In this document: piece after piece, positions 42,695-52,895 of the stretch
Numbering within the stretch: the stretch's first letter is position 1
Layout: the number at the start of each line of letters is the position of its first letter
Source of the DNA: an uncultured Chloroflexia bacterium
GTDB lineage: Bacteria > Chloroflexota > Anaerolineae > CG2-30-64-16
Assembly: GCA_963810095.1 (NCBI GenBank)
Contig: CAWEMM010000009.1
Location: forward strand, 224,001 to 288,000
Direction: 5' to 3'
DNA length: 64,000 nucleotides
Position numbers and translations under genes: made by a program
Notes under the pieces: model-generated
What the model saw: only the letters and a program-made list of their open reading frames with translations
The model's database searches: none
Told to the model about the DNA's origin: nothing

Positions 42695-42792
42695 GAAATC
42701 GGACACTGATTGGATGAATTCGACTGGTGATGCTGCTCTCTTTCCCGAAGGACAGCGCGGATCAGGTCAATCAGTTGCATCAGCGTCCCATT
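42695..42792. repeat. GGGACACTGAT-family inverted-repeat element
   Basis: gaaatcggacactgattggatgaattcgactg...atcaggtcaatcagttgcatcagcgtcccatt. Confidence 0.65.
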
Positions 42793-42876
42793 ACAGATCC
42801 GAGGACGCGCGGCGGCGCGGCCCTTACGGGCGGCCTGCCCGGTTGAAGGCTCGACTCCGCTGCGCGCACCTCTCTG

Positions 42877-44380
42877 TCACTTGCGATCGTCGAACACGTG
42901 CTCGGCAAGCCTTTCGCCGAGCACGTGCTCGATTTCGGCCGCCACATGCCCGGGCAGCGGGGCCGGCCGGCTGTCCTCCATCCGGGCAACGGTCCGTTCG
43001 CGCAGCCGCACATCCAGTGCCTTGCTTCCCTGTCGCACCCAGTCCGCCATCCGGTAGCGCCGGAACAAGCCCGGCTGCCACATCTCACGGAAGTGCCGCA
43101 GCGTGTGCTCTTCCGCGATGAATGAGCCGCCCGGCCCGACGGCATGAATCACGTCGAGTGCGATTTGCTCCGCATCGAGCGTGATCCCCCGGCCGAACTG
43201 GCGCGCCTGCGAGATCAGCTCGGCACAGAACACGATCATTTCCGGAGAGGTCATCAAGCCGGCTTCGAGGTAGCCGATGTCGTGCGCCAGGTGGGTGCCC
43301 GTCAGCTGTGCGACCAGGATCGAGAGCATCGCGTCGGCCGCGGCTTGCTCATCCAGCGCCAAGCTGTCAGACATCCCCGCGTTGCCCCAGATGGGCAGGC
43401 CGTAGAAACGCGCCATCTCTGCCGACGCCACCCTGGCCAGCTCGTATTCAGGCGAGCCATAGACGCTGATCGTCGATCGCATATCCATATGGTGCGCCTG
43501 GACGCCGTAGATGAACGGCGCGCCCGGCCGCGCAAGCTGCTGGATCACGAGGCTCGAAAGCACCTCCGCGTTGCCCAGCGCCAGGCCGCCGGCCAGCGTC
43601 ACGGGCGCGGTCCCGCCCATCATGGGAGCGGGAGAGTGGATCAGCGGCAGCCCGTGTTCGGCCATGAACAACAGCTTGCCGGTTGCAGTCTCCGAGTGCT
43701 TGAGCGGCGTCGTGGGCTCCGAGTAGAGCGCCAGCGTCGGGTTGAGGCCGAGTTCCGCCATCCCGCCCGCCGCGGCCGCAGCCATCCCTACGATCGCCTC
43801 GCAGTCGGCCACGTCGTCGCACACGAACACCACGGGCTTCTCCGTGTTGGCGAGCATCAGCGCGTACTGCAGCTGATAGGGGCTCGGGGTGTCAGTATCC
43901 GCCGGTATACCCATCGAGTTCAATGGGTATCCCGGCGCATCCGCCGGTATACCCATTGACATGCAGAAGTCGATCTCGGGGAGTGCGTCGACCAGGCGGA
44001 TGCACTCCCTGACGTCGGCCGTGCGGAAGGGACGCCGCGACCCGGTGCGCGGGTCGAGGTAGTTCGGACAGTCGGAACCGGGGCCGTAGTACACATTGTC
44101 GCCGCTGAGGTGCAGCCGGGGCGCGGCGTGAGCCGCGGGCGCACAGCGTTACCTCGGACGGCGCCTGCCCGAGCGCCCAGGCCACGAGTGCCGGGGGAAT
44201 GCGGACGAGGTTTTCGTCGGTCACGAGAGCGTCGCTGCGCCGGAGCAGCTCCAGCGCACCGGGGTGGTAGATCCGGACTCCTGTCCGCCGCAGGATTTCC
44301 AGCGAAGCGTTGTGAAGCGCCTCGCAGTCGCCGTGGCCGAGCATGCGCAGGCGCGGACCGGTAAAGATGGGAGTTGTCAT
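42877..44380 (-). CDS. MttB-superfamily (trimethylamine methyltransferase family) protein, non-pyrrolysine (frameshift ~44130)
   Basis: HNASLEILRRTGV, YGPGSDC, EPTTPL, MMGGTAPVTLAG.L..GNAEVLS, AGMSDS..LDEQA, HDIGYLE. Confidence 0.92.
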
Positions 44381-44384
44381 AAAA

Positions 44385-45822
44385 TCACGCGTTCCATGTG
44401 CGGCGAATGGTCTCGATCTCGTTCAAGGTGGACGCGGGGAGTTCGGGCGAGCGGGACTTGTCGAGCAGCGCGACGGTCTTCTCACGCAGGCGCTGGCCCA
44501 GGTCCTTGCCGCCCTTCCTCAGCCAATCATCCCGGCGGAGGCGGCTGTACAGCGTGGGCTGCCAAAACTCCTTGAAGTGCTGCAGGGTGTGCTCGGTGGC
44601 CAGGTAGGAACCCCCGGGGCCAATCTGGTCGACCAGATCGAGGGCGAACGCTTCCGGGCTCAGGTCCATCCCCGCGGTGAAGTGGCGCAGCCGGCCGATG
44701 ACGTCCGCGGTGAAGACGATCATCTCGGGGGATACCGCGAGCCCGGCCTCGACGTACCCGACGTCATGGACGAGGTGCTGGCCGCTGAGCAGAGCAACCA
44801 TTACGGAGGACGTCGCATCGGACGCGGCCTGCTCGTCCATGACGCAGCTGTCCGTGTAGCCGGCATAGCCGAAGTGGGGCAGGTCATAGTAGCGGGCCAT
44901 CTCGGTCACCGCGGCCCGCGCCAGCTCGAACTCGGGCGCGCCGTACACGGCGATGGTCGTCCGCATGTCCATGTGGTGCAGCCCGCACCCATACACGAAC
45001 GGCGCGCCCCGCCGCACGAGTTGGTGGATGACCAGCCCGGAGAGCAGTTCCGCGTTGCCCAGGGCCAGCGCGGCGGCCAGCGACATGGGCGCCGCGCCGC
45101 CCATCATGGGCGAGGCCTGGTGGACGATGGGCAGCCCGACCTCGGCCATATACATGAGTTTCTCGGTCGAATCCTCGCCGTGCAGCAGGGGCGTGGTGGG
45201 CTGCCCGTAGCCCACCAGGTTCGGGTTCAGGCGCAGCTCGTCCATGCCCCCGGCCGCCGCGGCTGCCATGCCCACGATTGCCTCGCACTCCGCCCGGCTG
45301 CCCAGGGTGAACGCCAGCGGCTTCGTCGTGTTTTCCAGCATGAGCGCAAACTCGTCGCAGTACGGTGCGCGCGGGTTCAGGTCCGAGGGCATCCCCATGG
45401 ACATACAGAAGTCCATTTCGGGCAGCGCGTCCACCAGCCGCACGCACGCAATCACGTCGGCCTCCGTGAATGGCCGGCGCTCGCCGCTCCGTCGGATCCA
45501 GGTAGTTCGGGCACGCCGAACCGGTGCCGAAGCTGACCTCGCGCCCCTCCAGGCGAACTGCAACCTCCGTGCTGCCCCGCTTGCAGAGCGCGATCCGGGA
45601 CGGGGGGCCCGTGAGCGCCCACTCGATCAGCGCAGGGGGGAAGCGCACCAGGCTGCCATCCGTGATGATGGCGCCGGCGTCTTTGAGCAGCCCGAGGGCG
45701 CGCGGGTGGTCGACGCGCACGCCCGTGCGGCGCAGGATCTCGAGGGATGCGTGGTGCACCGCCTCGCACTGGTCCCGTGTGAAGAAGGCGAACTGCGGTG
45801 TGGCGTGGGAACTGTGCGACAT
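44385..45822 (-). CDS. MttB-superfamily methyltransferase, non-pyrrolysine (frameshift ~45495)
   Basis: HHASLEILRRTGV, FGTGSAC, MMGGAAPMSLA, AGYTDS, HDVGYVE. Confidence 0.92.
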
Positions 45823-45899
45823 GCTGGCCTCTTGTGTCTGAATTGGGGACTGGCGACACCGCGGTTCTGTCAGAAACCCGGCGTCTCGATTCTCTTGGG

Positions 45900-47033
45900 T
45901 CAGGAATGATGATAGGCTTCGTCGGTCTCGTAGAGCTCGTGGGCCCGCGCGACGGCATCCCAGTTCAGCTCGAAGCCGAGTCCCGGGCGCAGCGCCGCCG
46001 CGGCTTCGAGCTTCCCCTGGATGGGCGTCAGGTCGGGCGAGGCGAGGATGTCTTCGGCGAGCAGTTGGTGCATGATCTGGTTGCCGTCCGCGAGGTTGGG
46101 CAGGGTCAGCGCAATCTGGTGCTGTGCCAGGTCGGTCATGCCCGTGACGGATTGGCCGTGCAGGCAAATGGCGATGCCGGCCGCTTCTGCGATTGCCGCG
46201 GCCTTCTTGAACGCAAGCAGCCCGCCGGTCTCGTGGAAAGACAGCACGACCAGGTCCGCGGCTTGCTGGCGGCAGACCTCGTAGACATCGTGCAGCGAGT
46301 AGACCGCCTGGTCGGCCGCGATCGGGATTGGCGAAGCATCGTGGACTTGCTTGAGCGCAGCCAGGCTTTGCGCGGGGGTGGGTTGCTCGACAAACTCGGG
46401 CTCGAACTGCGCCAGCCGGCGGATCATGTAGAGCGCAGTTCGCACGTCCCACGCCTCGTTGGCATCCAGCCGCAGCTTCCGGTCCCCGATGGCGCCGCGC
46501 ACCGCCCGCACGTTTGCGAGGTCCTTCTGTTCGCCCCGGCCTACTTTGATGTAGATGACCCCGTAGCCTTCCTCGGCCATGCGGTGCGCGTCCTCGGCCA
46601 GTTCGTCGGACGTGTCGCCCTGCGGAAACCCGAAGTAGTCCACGGCCGCATGGTACGCGCCGCCGAGCAGTTGGTGCAGCGGCGAGCCGGTCGCCTTGCC
46701 GATCACGTCCCACAGCGCCATCTCGACGCCCGCGAGGGTCAAGCCCGCAAAACGCGGGTTATGCGAGAAGCCGCCGAGGAAGCGGGCCTCATGCATCAAC
46801 CGCTCGACGTCGAACGGGCTGCGTCCCTCAAAGAGCGGCGCGACGCCTTGCAGCGCGGCGAGCGCGGTGTCGGCCGGCCGGCCCACGGTCGTCTCGCCGT
46901 ACCCGCTGATGCCCTCGTCCGTCTCCACCTCGATCAGCAGGTTGACCGCCCCCGTGTCCACCCGTCCGGCCCAGTGATACGGCTTCTTGAACCGGAGTGC
47001 CAGCGGTGTCGCGCGCAGCGCAATAATCTTCAT
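45900..47033 (-). CDS. Enolase superfamily (mandelate racemase/muconate lactonizing enzyme family) protein
   Basis: TDEGISGYGE, EMALWD.IGK..G.PL.QLLGG, DAN, EQP, AAD metal ligands, PGLG. Confidence 0.92.
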   Translation of the reverse strand: MKIIALRATPLALRFKKPYHWAGRVDTGAVNLLIEVETDEGISGYGETTVGRPADTALAALQGVAPLFEGRSPFDVERLMHEARFLGGFSHNPRFAGLTLAGVEMALWDVIGKATGSPLHQLLGGAYHAAVDYFGFPQGDTSDELAEDAHRMAEEGYGVIYIKVGRGEQKDLANVRAVRGAIGDRKLRLDANEAWDVRTALYMIRRLAQFEPEFVEQPTPAQSLAALKQVHDASPIPIAADQAVYSLHDVYEVCRQQAADLVVLSFHETGGLLAFKKAAAIAEAAGIAICLHGQSVTGMTDLAQHQIALTLPNLADGNQIMHQLLAEDILASPDLTPIQGKLEAAAALRPGLGFELNWDAVARAHELYETDEAYHHS

Positions 47034-47055
47034 CGCGATGCCTTCCGGGTGTCCG

Positions 47056-48003
47056 CTACTTGTTGACCCGGATTCGGGGATTGAGTACGCCGTAGAGCAG
47101 GTCGGCCGCCAGGTTGGCCACGCAGAAGATGGCGACCACGACCATGCTGCAGGCCTGGATGAGGATCAGGTCGCGGCGTTGGATCGCGTAGACGAGCAGC
47201 CGGCCCAGGCCCGGATAGCCGAAAAGCTGCTCCGTGACGATCAGCCCACCGATCAGGAAGCCGATGCCCATGGCGACGATAGTGACCGTCGGCAAGAGCG
47301 AGTTGCGCAGCACGTGCTTCGTCAGCACCTGGTTCTGGGGCAGGCCCTTCAACTCAGCCGCCCGCACATAGTCCGTCTTCAGCACGTCGATGGTGCTGGC
47401 GCGCGTCATGCGCGACACGTAGCCCAGGCTGGTGAGGCTGACGGCAATCGCCGGCAGGATGAGGTAGGGCAGCGCGTCCTTGAACGAGGTGTCGGGCTGG
47501 ATCGACGAGTTTGCCGGCAGCCACTTCAGCCCGAGCGCGAACACCGCAATCAGGATGAGGCCGGTGACGAACTCGGGCAGCCCGACGAAGGCCATCGTCA
47601 CGGCCGAAATGCCCTGGTCGACGGCCTTCTCGCGTTTCAGCGCGGCGACCACGCCGAGCAGGATGCCAAGCGGGACATAGAACAGCAGGGCCACCGTCGC
47701 GAGCATGGCCGAGTTGCGCAGCCGGCTCATGATCATGGGCATCACCGCCTGCTTGCTCACCATCGACACGCCCCAGTCGCCCCGCACGAAGTGCGTCAGC
47801 CAGTCAAAGTATTGCATGTAGACGGGCCGGTTCAGCCCGAGCTCTTCGCGCAGGTTCGCGACCGCTTCCTTGGTGGCGAACTGGCCGAGCATGACCTGGG
47901 CCACGTCGCCGGGCAATAGCTGCGTCGCGGCGAAGATGACGATCGATGCCAACAGCATGGTGAGGACGATGAAGCTGATGCGCCGCAAAAGATAGGTCGT
48001 CAT
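47056..48003 (-). CDS. Peptide/nickel-type ABC transporter permease (DppB-like)
   Basis: YLLRRI, LPGDVA, DYVRAAELKGL EAA loop, EQLFGYPGLG. Confidence 0.93.
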   Translation of the reverse strand: MTTYLLRRISFIVLTMLLASIVIFAATQLLPGDVAQVMLGQFATKEAVANLREELGLNRPVYMQYFDWLTHFVRGDWGVSMVSKQAVMPMIMSRLRNSAMLATVALLFYVPLGILLGVVAALKREKAVDQGISAVTMAFVGLPEFVTGLILIAVFALGLKWLPANSSIQPDTSFKDALPYLILPAIAVSLTSLGYVSRMTRASTIDVLKTDYVRAAELKGLPQNQVLTKHVLRNSLLPTVTIVAMGIGFLIGGLIVTEQLFGYPGLGRLLVYAIQRRDLILIQACSMVVVAIFCVANLAADLLYGVLNPRIRVNK

Positions 48004-50145
48004 CGGGGCGCCCCTCCTTCGCTGCCTGCCTGCGGCGCCGTTTGCGACGCCGTTTGCAGAGCCGCCAACTGGGCCGCCGGGATGTGGCAGCAGATGTGGT
48101 GGTCGCCGCCCAGGTCCTGCCACGGTGGTTCCTGCGTTTCGCAGATCGCGCCGATCTTGCGCGGGCAACGGGTGTGGAACCGGCAGCCGGTCGGGATGTT
48201 GACCGCGCTGGGCACGGAGCCGTGCAGCCGAATCCGCTCCTGCTGTGCGTCCGGGTCGGGGATGGGGATGGCCGAGAGCAGGGCTTCGGTGTAGGGATGG
48301 AACGGCGGCGAGAACACGGCTTGCGGCGGCCCTGATTCCCACAGCCGCCCCAGATAGACGACGCCGATCCAATCCGAAAGGTGCAGGACGGCCGCCAGGT
48401 CGTGCGAGATGAACAGGTACGAGGTTCGTTGGGTAGCCTGCAACGCCCGCAGCAGGTTCATCAGCGATGCCTGCACCGACACGTCGAGCGAAGAGATCGG
48501 CTCGTCGAGGATCATCAGGCTGGGGTCGGCGGCAAAAGCCCGCGCAATCGCCACCCGCTGCTTTTCGCCGCCGCTCAGCTCGTGCGGCAGCCGGGTAATG
48601 TAGTCCTCCGGCAGGTTGACGGCCGCAAACAACGCCCGCACTCGGGCCGGGATTTCCTGCTTGGGGGTCTTGCCGAGCAGGATCAGGGGCCGGGCCACGC
48701 TGTCGCCGACGGTGTGTTGTGGGTTGAGCGAAGCATCCGGGTTCTGGAAGACCATCTGGAGCTTCTTCAGCTGGCTTGGCGTCCTGCGCCGGACGCTGTA
48801 CGGCACCTTCTCGCCGGCCAGCTCGATCTCCCCGGCGGTGGCTTCTTCGAGCCCTGCGACGCAGCGTGCAAACGTGGTCTTCCCGCAGCCGCTCTCGCCC
48901 ACGATACCGAGGGTGGCGCCGCCGCGCACCCGTAGGCTGATGTCGTCCACGGCCTTGACTGCCTTCCGCCGCCGGCGCAGGATGTCGAGGATGCTTGCGC
49001 CGCTCACCGGGAAGTACTTCTTCAGGTGTCGTGCTTCCAACACGACGGGCCCGGCCGCGCGTTCGGCGGCTTGCAGCGTTGTCGCACGTTCCTCGCGCTC
49101 CGCAGCTCTGGCGTACTGCTCCGGGTGATCGCGAAGCGCCTGCCAGCGGATGCACGCGGTGCGGTGGCCCGGCTCGGCCTCGACAAAGGGCGGCCGCGCC
49201 GCTCGGCATGCGTCCTCGGCCAGCGGGCAGCGCGGCGCAAAGATGCACCCGGGGGGCAGTTGGTCGGGCCGGGGAATGTGGCCCTGGATGGTGTTCAGCA
49301 CGATATCCCGGCCGGTCACGTCGACCCGCGGGACGCAGCCGAGCAGGCCCAGCGTGTACGGGTGGAGCATCTGCTTGAAGACCGGGCGGATGAAGCCCTC
49401 TTCCATCAACTCGCCCGCATACATCACGCCGACCCGGTTGCAGATCCGTGCGACCACACCCAAATTGTGCGTGATGTAGAGGACCGCGGTGTGGTACTCG
49501 GTGAGCAGGTCACGCACCAGGTCGAGGATGACTGCCTCGGTGGTCACGTCGAGCGCGGTGGTTGGCTCGTCCATGATGAGCAGGCGCGGGTTGGTGGTCA
49601 GCGCGATGGCGATGAGCACGCGCTGCAGCATACCGCCCGAAAGCTGGTGCGCGTACCGTCGCGCCACCGCCTCGGGATCGGCCATGCGCACCTTGCCCAG
49701 CATCTCGATCGCCTTGGCCTGCGCGTCCTGCTTCGTCATACCCAGGTGCAGCCGCGCCACCTCCGCGATCTGTTCGCCGATGACGACGGAGGGATTGACC
49801 GCCGTGTTGGGGTCCTGGTGCACCATGGTGATCTTGGCGCCCCACACCTTGCGCAGCTCGGCCCGCGACAGCCCGAGCAAGTTCGGTCCCGTCGAGCGCG
49901 ACGAGGTCGCCCTTGGCGTGCCCGTTCGCCGGCAGGTACTGGACGATGCCGCGGGCCAGCGTCGTCTTGCCCGACCCCGACTCGCCGACCAGCCCGTAGA
50001 TCTCCCCCGCGGCGACCTGCATACTGACGTTCCGGACCGTGTGCAGCGGGCCTTTCTCAGTGTCGTAGGTGATCGTCAGGTTCTGCACGTCGAGCACGGG
50101 CCGGTTTGCAGCACCGATCTGCGTGTGCACTCGTTCACCCTCCAT
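48000..50145 (-). CDS. Fused double-ATPase peptide ABC subunit (DppD/F-like; frameshift ~49882)
   Basis: Two GESGxGKTT Walker A motifs, two LSGG signatures, two HPYT...GC.F..RCP tails. Confidence 0.92.
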
Positions 50146-50154
50146 CCGACCCCC

Positions 50155-51033
50155 TTACCCCGTCACCCCGCCGGGCAGCAGCATGCGCCGCAGCCCGTCG
50201 CTCAGGAACCCGATGCCCACGACGAGCAGTGCGATCGCTGCCGCCGGGAAGAGCAGGACCCATGGCGCCTGGATGAAGTAGTTGCGCGCCTCGCCGACCA
50301 TCAACCCCCAGTCGGGCGAGGGCGGCTGGACGCCCAGGCCCAGGAACCCGAGCGATGCGACCAGGAAGATCGCGTAGGCAAAGCGCATCGAGGCCTCGAC
50401 GGCGAGCGGGGGCATCACGCTGGGCAGCACTTCCTTGAACATGATATAGGCCGACGTTTCGCCCCGCATCTTTGCCGCTTCGACGAACTGCCGTGTCTTC
50501 AGGTCGAGAACCACGCTGCGGACGACGCGGGCGACCATCGGAATGTACAGCACGCCGACCACGATAATGACGTTGACGCGGGAAGGTCCGAGCGTCCCCA
50601 GAATGAGGAGCGCGAGCAGCAGCGGCGGAATTGCCAGCAGCACGTCGACCAGGCGCATGGTGATCTCTTCCAGGAACGAGCCGAAATAGCCCGCAAAGAG
50701 GCCAAGCGTGAGGCCGAGAATGACGGCGATGACGGTTCCTGTGCCGGCAACGACAAAAACGTCCCGGGCGCCGCTCGAGCACGCGGCGAGTAAACATCGC
50801 GGCCGAACTGGTCGGTGCCGAATACGTGCTCGCTGGACGGCGGCTTTAGGCGCTCGGTCAGTTTTTGCTGTGTATAAGGATAGGGCGCGATCGGCGGGGC
50901 CGAACACGGCCAGGAAAAGGAAAAAGCCGACGATCGCGATCCCGATGAGCGTGGCCGGGTAGCGCCGCAGCCGGCGCCAGGTCAGCGCCAGGCGCGACGG
51001 CCGGCGCACGGGTACGTCCAGTTGAGCTTCCAT
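50155..51033 (-). CDS. Peptide ABC permease (DppC-like; local frameshifts ~50790-50895)
   Basis: FVEAAKMRGE, LGFLGLGVQPPSPDWG. The FGTDQFGRDV segment is displaced into another frame. Confidence 0.88.
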   Translation of the reverse strand: MEAQLDVPVRRPSRLALTWRRLRRYPATLIGIAIVGFFLFLAVFGPADRALSLYTAKTDRAPKAAVQRARIRHRPVRPRCLLAACSSGARDVFVVAGTGTVIAVILGLTLGLFAGYFGSFLEEITMRLVDVLLAIPPLLLALLILGTLGPSRVNVIIVVGVLYIPMVARVVRSVVLDLKTRQFVEAAKMRGETSAYIMFKEVLPSVMPPLAVEASMRFAYAIFLVASLGFLGLGVQPPSPDWGLMVGEARNYFIQAPWVLLFPAAAIALLVVGIGFLSDGLRRMLLPGGVTG

Positions 51034-51056
51034 TTGGAGGAGACCTCCGGTTTCTG

Positions 51057-51094
51057 AGAGGGGCAGCCGGGCCATAAGCTCCCGGCCGCCCCTC
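51057..51094. other. Intergenic stem-loop after the substrate-binding protein gene
   Basis: GAGGGGCAGCCGGG-loop-CCCGGCCGCCCCTC. Typical position for differential mRNA stabilisation. Confidence 0.5.
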
Positions 51095-51105
51095 GAACGG
51101 AGAGG

Positions 51106-52810
51106 TTACTTCTCGAAGTACACGGTCCGCAGGTCAAGTGCGGTGCCCAGGTAGCTCGTTGGCTTGAGCCCCTTCAGTTTGACGTTTGCGCCCCACAGGT
51201 TGCTGGCGAAGAACGGGACGATGATCGGGCCGCGGTCGATGAAGATCTGCTGGATCTGCTTGTACAGCTCCGCGCGCTTCGTCCGGTCCAGCTCGCACGG
51301 CGGCCTTGGCCGACAGGTCGTCCAGTTCCTTGTCGCACCAGTGGCTCTCGTTCCACTTGGCGGTGCAGACGTAGGCGAGGTCCAGGTAGGGCTGCGGGTA
51401 GGCGCGCGAGCCCCAGTCGGTGATCGCCAGGTCCGCTTCCAGCCAGAGGTTGTCGGCGCCGTAGTACACGTCGGACGGCACCAACTGGATCTCGGCGTTG
51501 ATGCCCGCCTCGGCCCACTGTTCCTTCAGGATCGTCGCGATGGCCGGGACCGGCGAGATCTGCTGCGCGGTCAGGGTGATCTTCAGCCCGTCACCGTAAC
51601 CGGCTTCGGTCAGCAACTGCTTGGCCTTCGCCACATCGCGGGTCGGGTCTGGGCGCGTCAAGGTAGAAGTCGCCGTAGCCGGGGCCGAACGGCGTGTTGT
51701 GGCCGACGACGCCCAGGCCTTCGAACGCTGCCGCCAGGATGGCTGCGTTGTCCGTTGCGGCCTTGAACGCCTGGCGCACCTTCACGTCGTCGAACGGCTT
51801 CTTGTCGCTGCGCATGCGCAGGACGAAGGCGTGTTGGACGGCTTTTCGAGCACCTGGATGTTCTGGTCCTCCTTAAGCGTCTTCACGAACTCGGTCGGCA
51901 GGTAGAGCAGGTAGTCCACCTGCCCGCCGCGCAGCGCTTCGACCTGGGCCGACGGCTCGGCCATGAAGATGAACTCCATCCCGTCGAGGTAGGGCAGCTG
52001 GTTGCCTTCCGCATCCTTCATCCAGTAGTTCGGGTTCTTCTTGAAGGTCAGCCGGTCTTCGGGCAGGTACTTGTCGATCATGAAGGGCCCCGTGCCGATG
52101 AACTCGGTCTTCGGGTCCTTGATGCCGCTCCAGACGATCAGCGCATGGTAGTCGCCCAGGTCGAGCAGGAAGTCGGGGTTCGTCTTCTTGAGCTTGAACA
52201 CGACCGTGTTGTCGTCGGGCGTGGAGATGTCTGCGATGTTCGAGTACAGGGCCACCGTCGCCGCGCCCACCTTCTCGTCGCGCAGCCGGTCGAACGTGGT
52301 CTTCACGTCCTTTGAAGTGAGCGTCTCCCCGTTGTGGAACTTGACGCCCTGGCGCAGCGTGAAGGTCCAGGTCAGGCCGTCGTCGCTCGTCGTCCACTTT
52401 TCGGCCAGGCTGCGGCTTGCATCCGGCGCGTTCTCCTCGCCCGTGTAGACCAGGAAGTCGCCCCACTGCCGGCCGATTTCGTCGTCTGAAACGGAGCTCA
52501 GGAACGCGGGGTCCAGGTTGGTCGGTGCAAAGTACGCGTGCTTCAGCGTGCCGCCATACTTCCCGCCGGTTGCCGCGGGAGCTGCCGTCGGTTCAGGGGC
52601 CTTGGTCGGTTCGGCGGCCGGTGCGGCTGTCGGCTCGGGCGCTTTAGTCGGCTCCACCGCCGGCGCCTGGGTTGGTTGGGCCGGCGCAGTGGTTGGCTGC
52701 GCAGGGGCTGCCGTCGGCTGGGGCGCAGCCGGCGCGCTGCACGCGGCGAGCAGCACGCTCAGGATGACGATGACGGCAAGCACTATGCCGCCACTCCGTG
52801 ACGCCTTCAT
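51106..52810 (-). CDS. Family 5 ABC substrate-binding lipoprotein (frameshifts ~51835, ~51660, ~51297)
   Basis: Lipobox LLAAC, PT/A linker, LAEKW..S.DGLTWTFTLRQGVKFHNG, GTGPF, PFDDVKVRQA, WNESHW. Confidence 0.9.
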
Positions 52811-52895
52811 GGCCTTCCTCCTGTTTGATGATGCGGGCTAACACATTTCGTAAGGTTAACGGACGGAACAGCGATCAGAACGCACCTCCTTTACC

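Noticed and set aside
47056-49248. 730-aa ORF as a novel permease fusion
   Set aside because: Only the last ~315 aa (from ATG 48003) are the DppB permease. The rest is an alternative frame of the ATPase gene.
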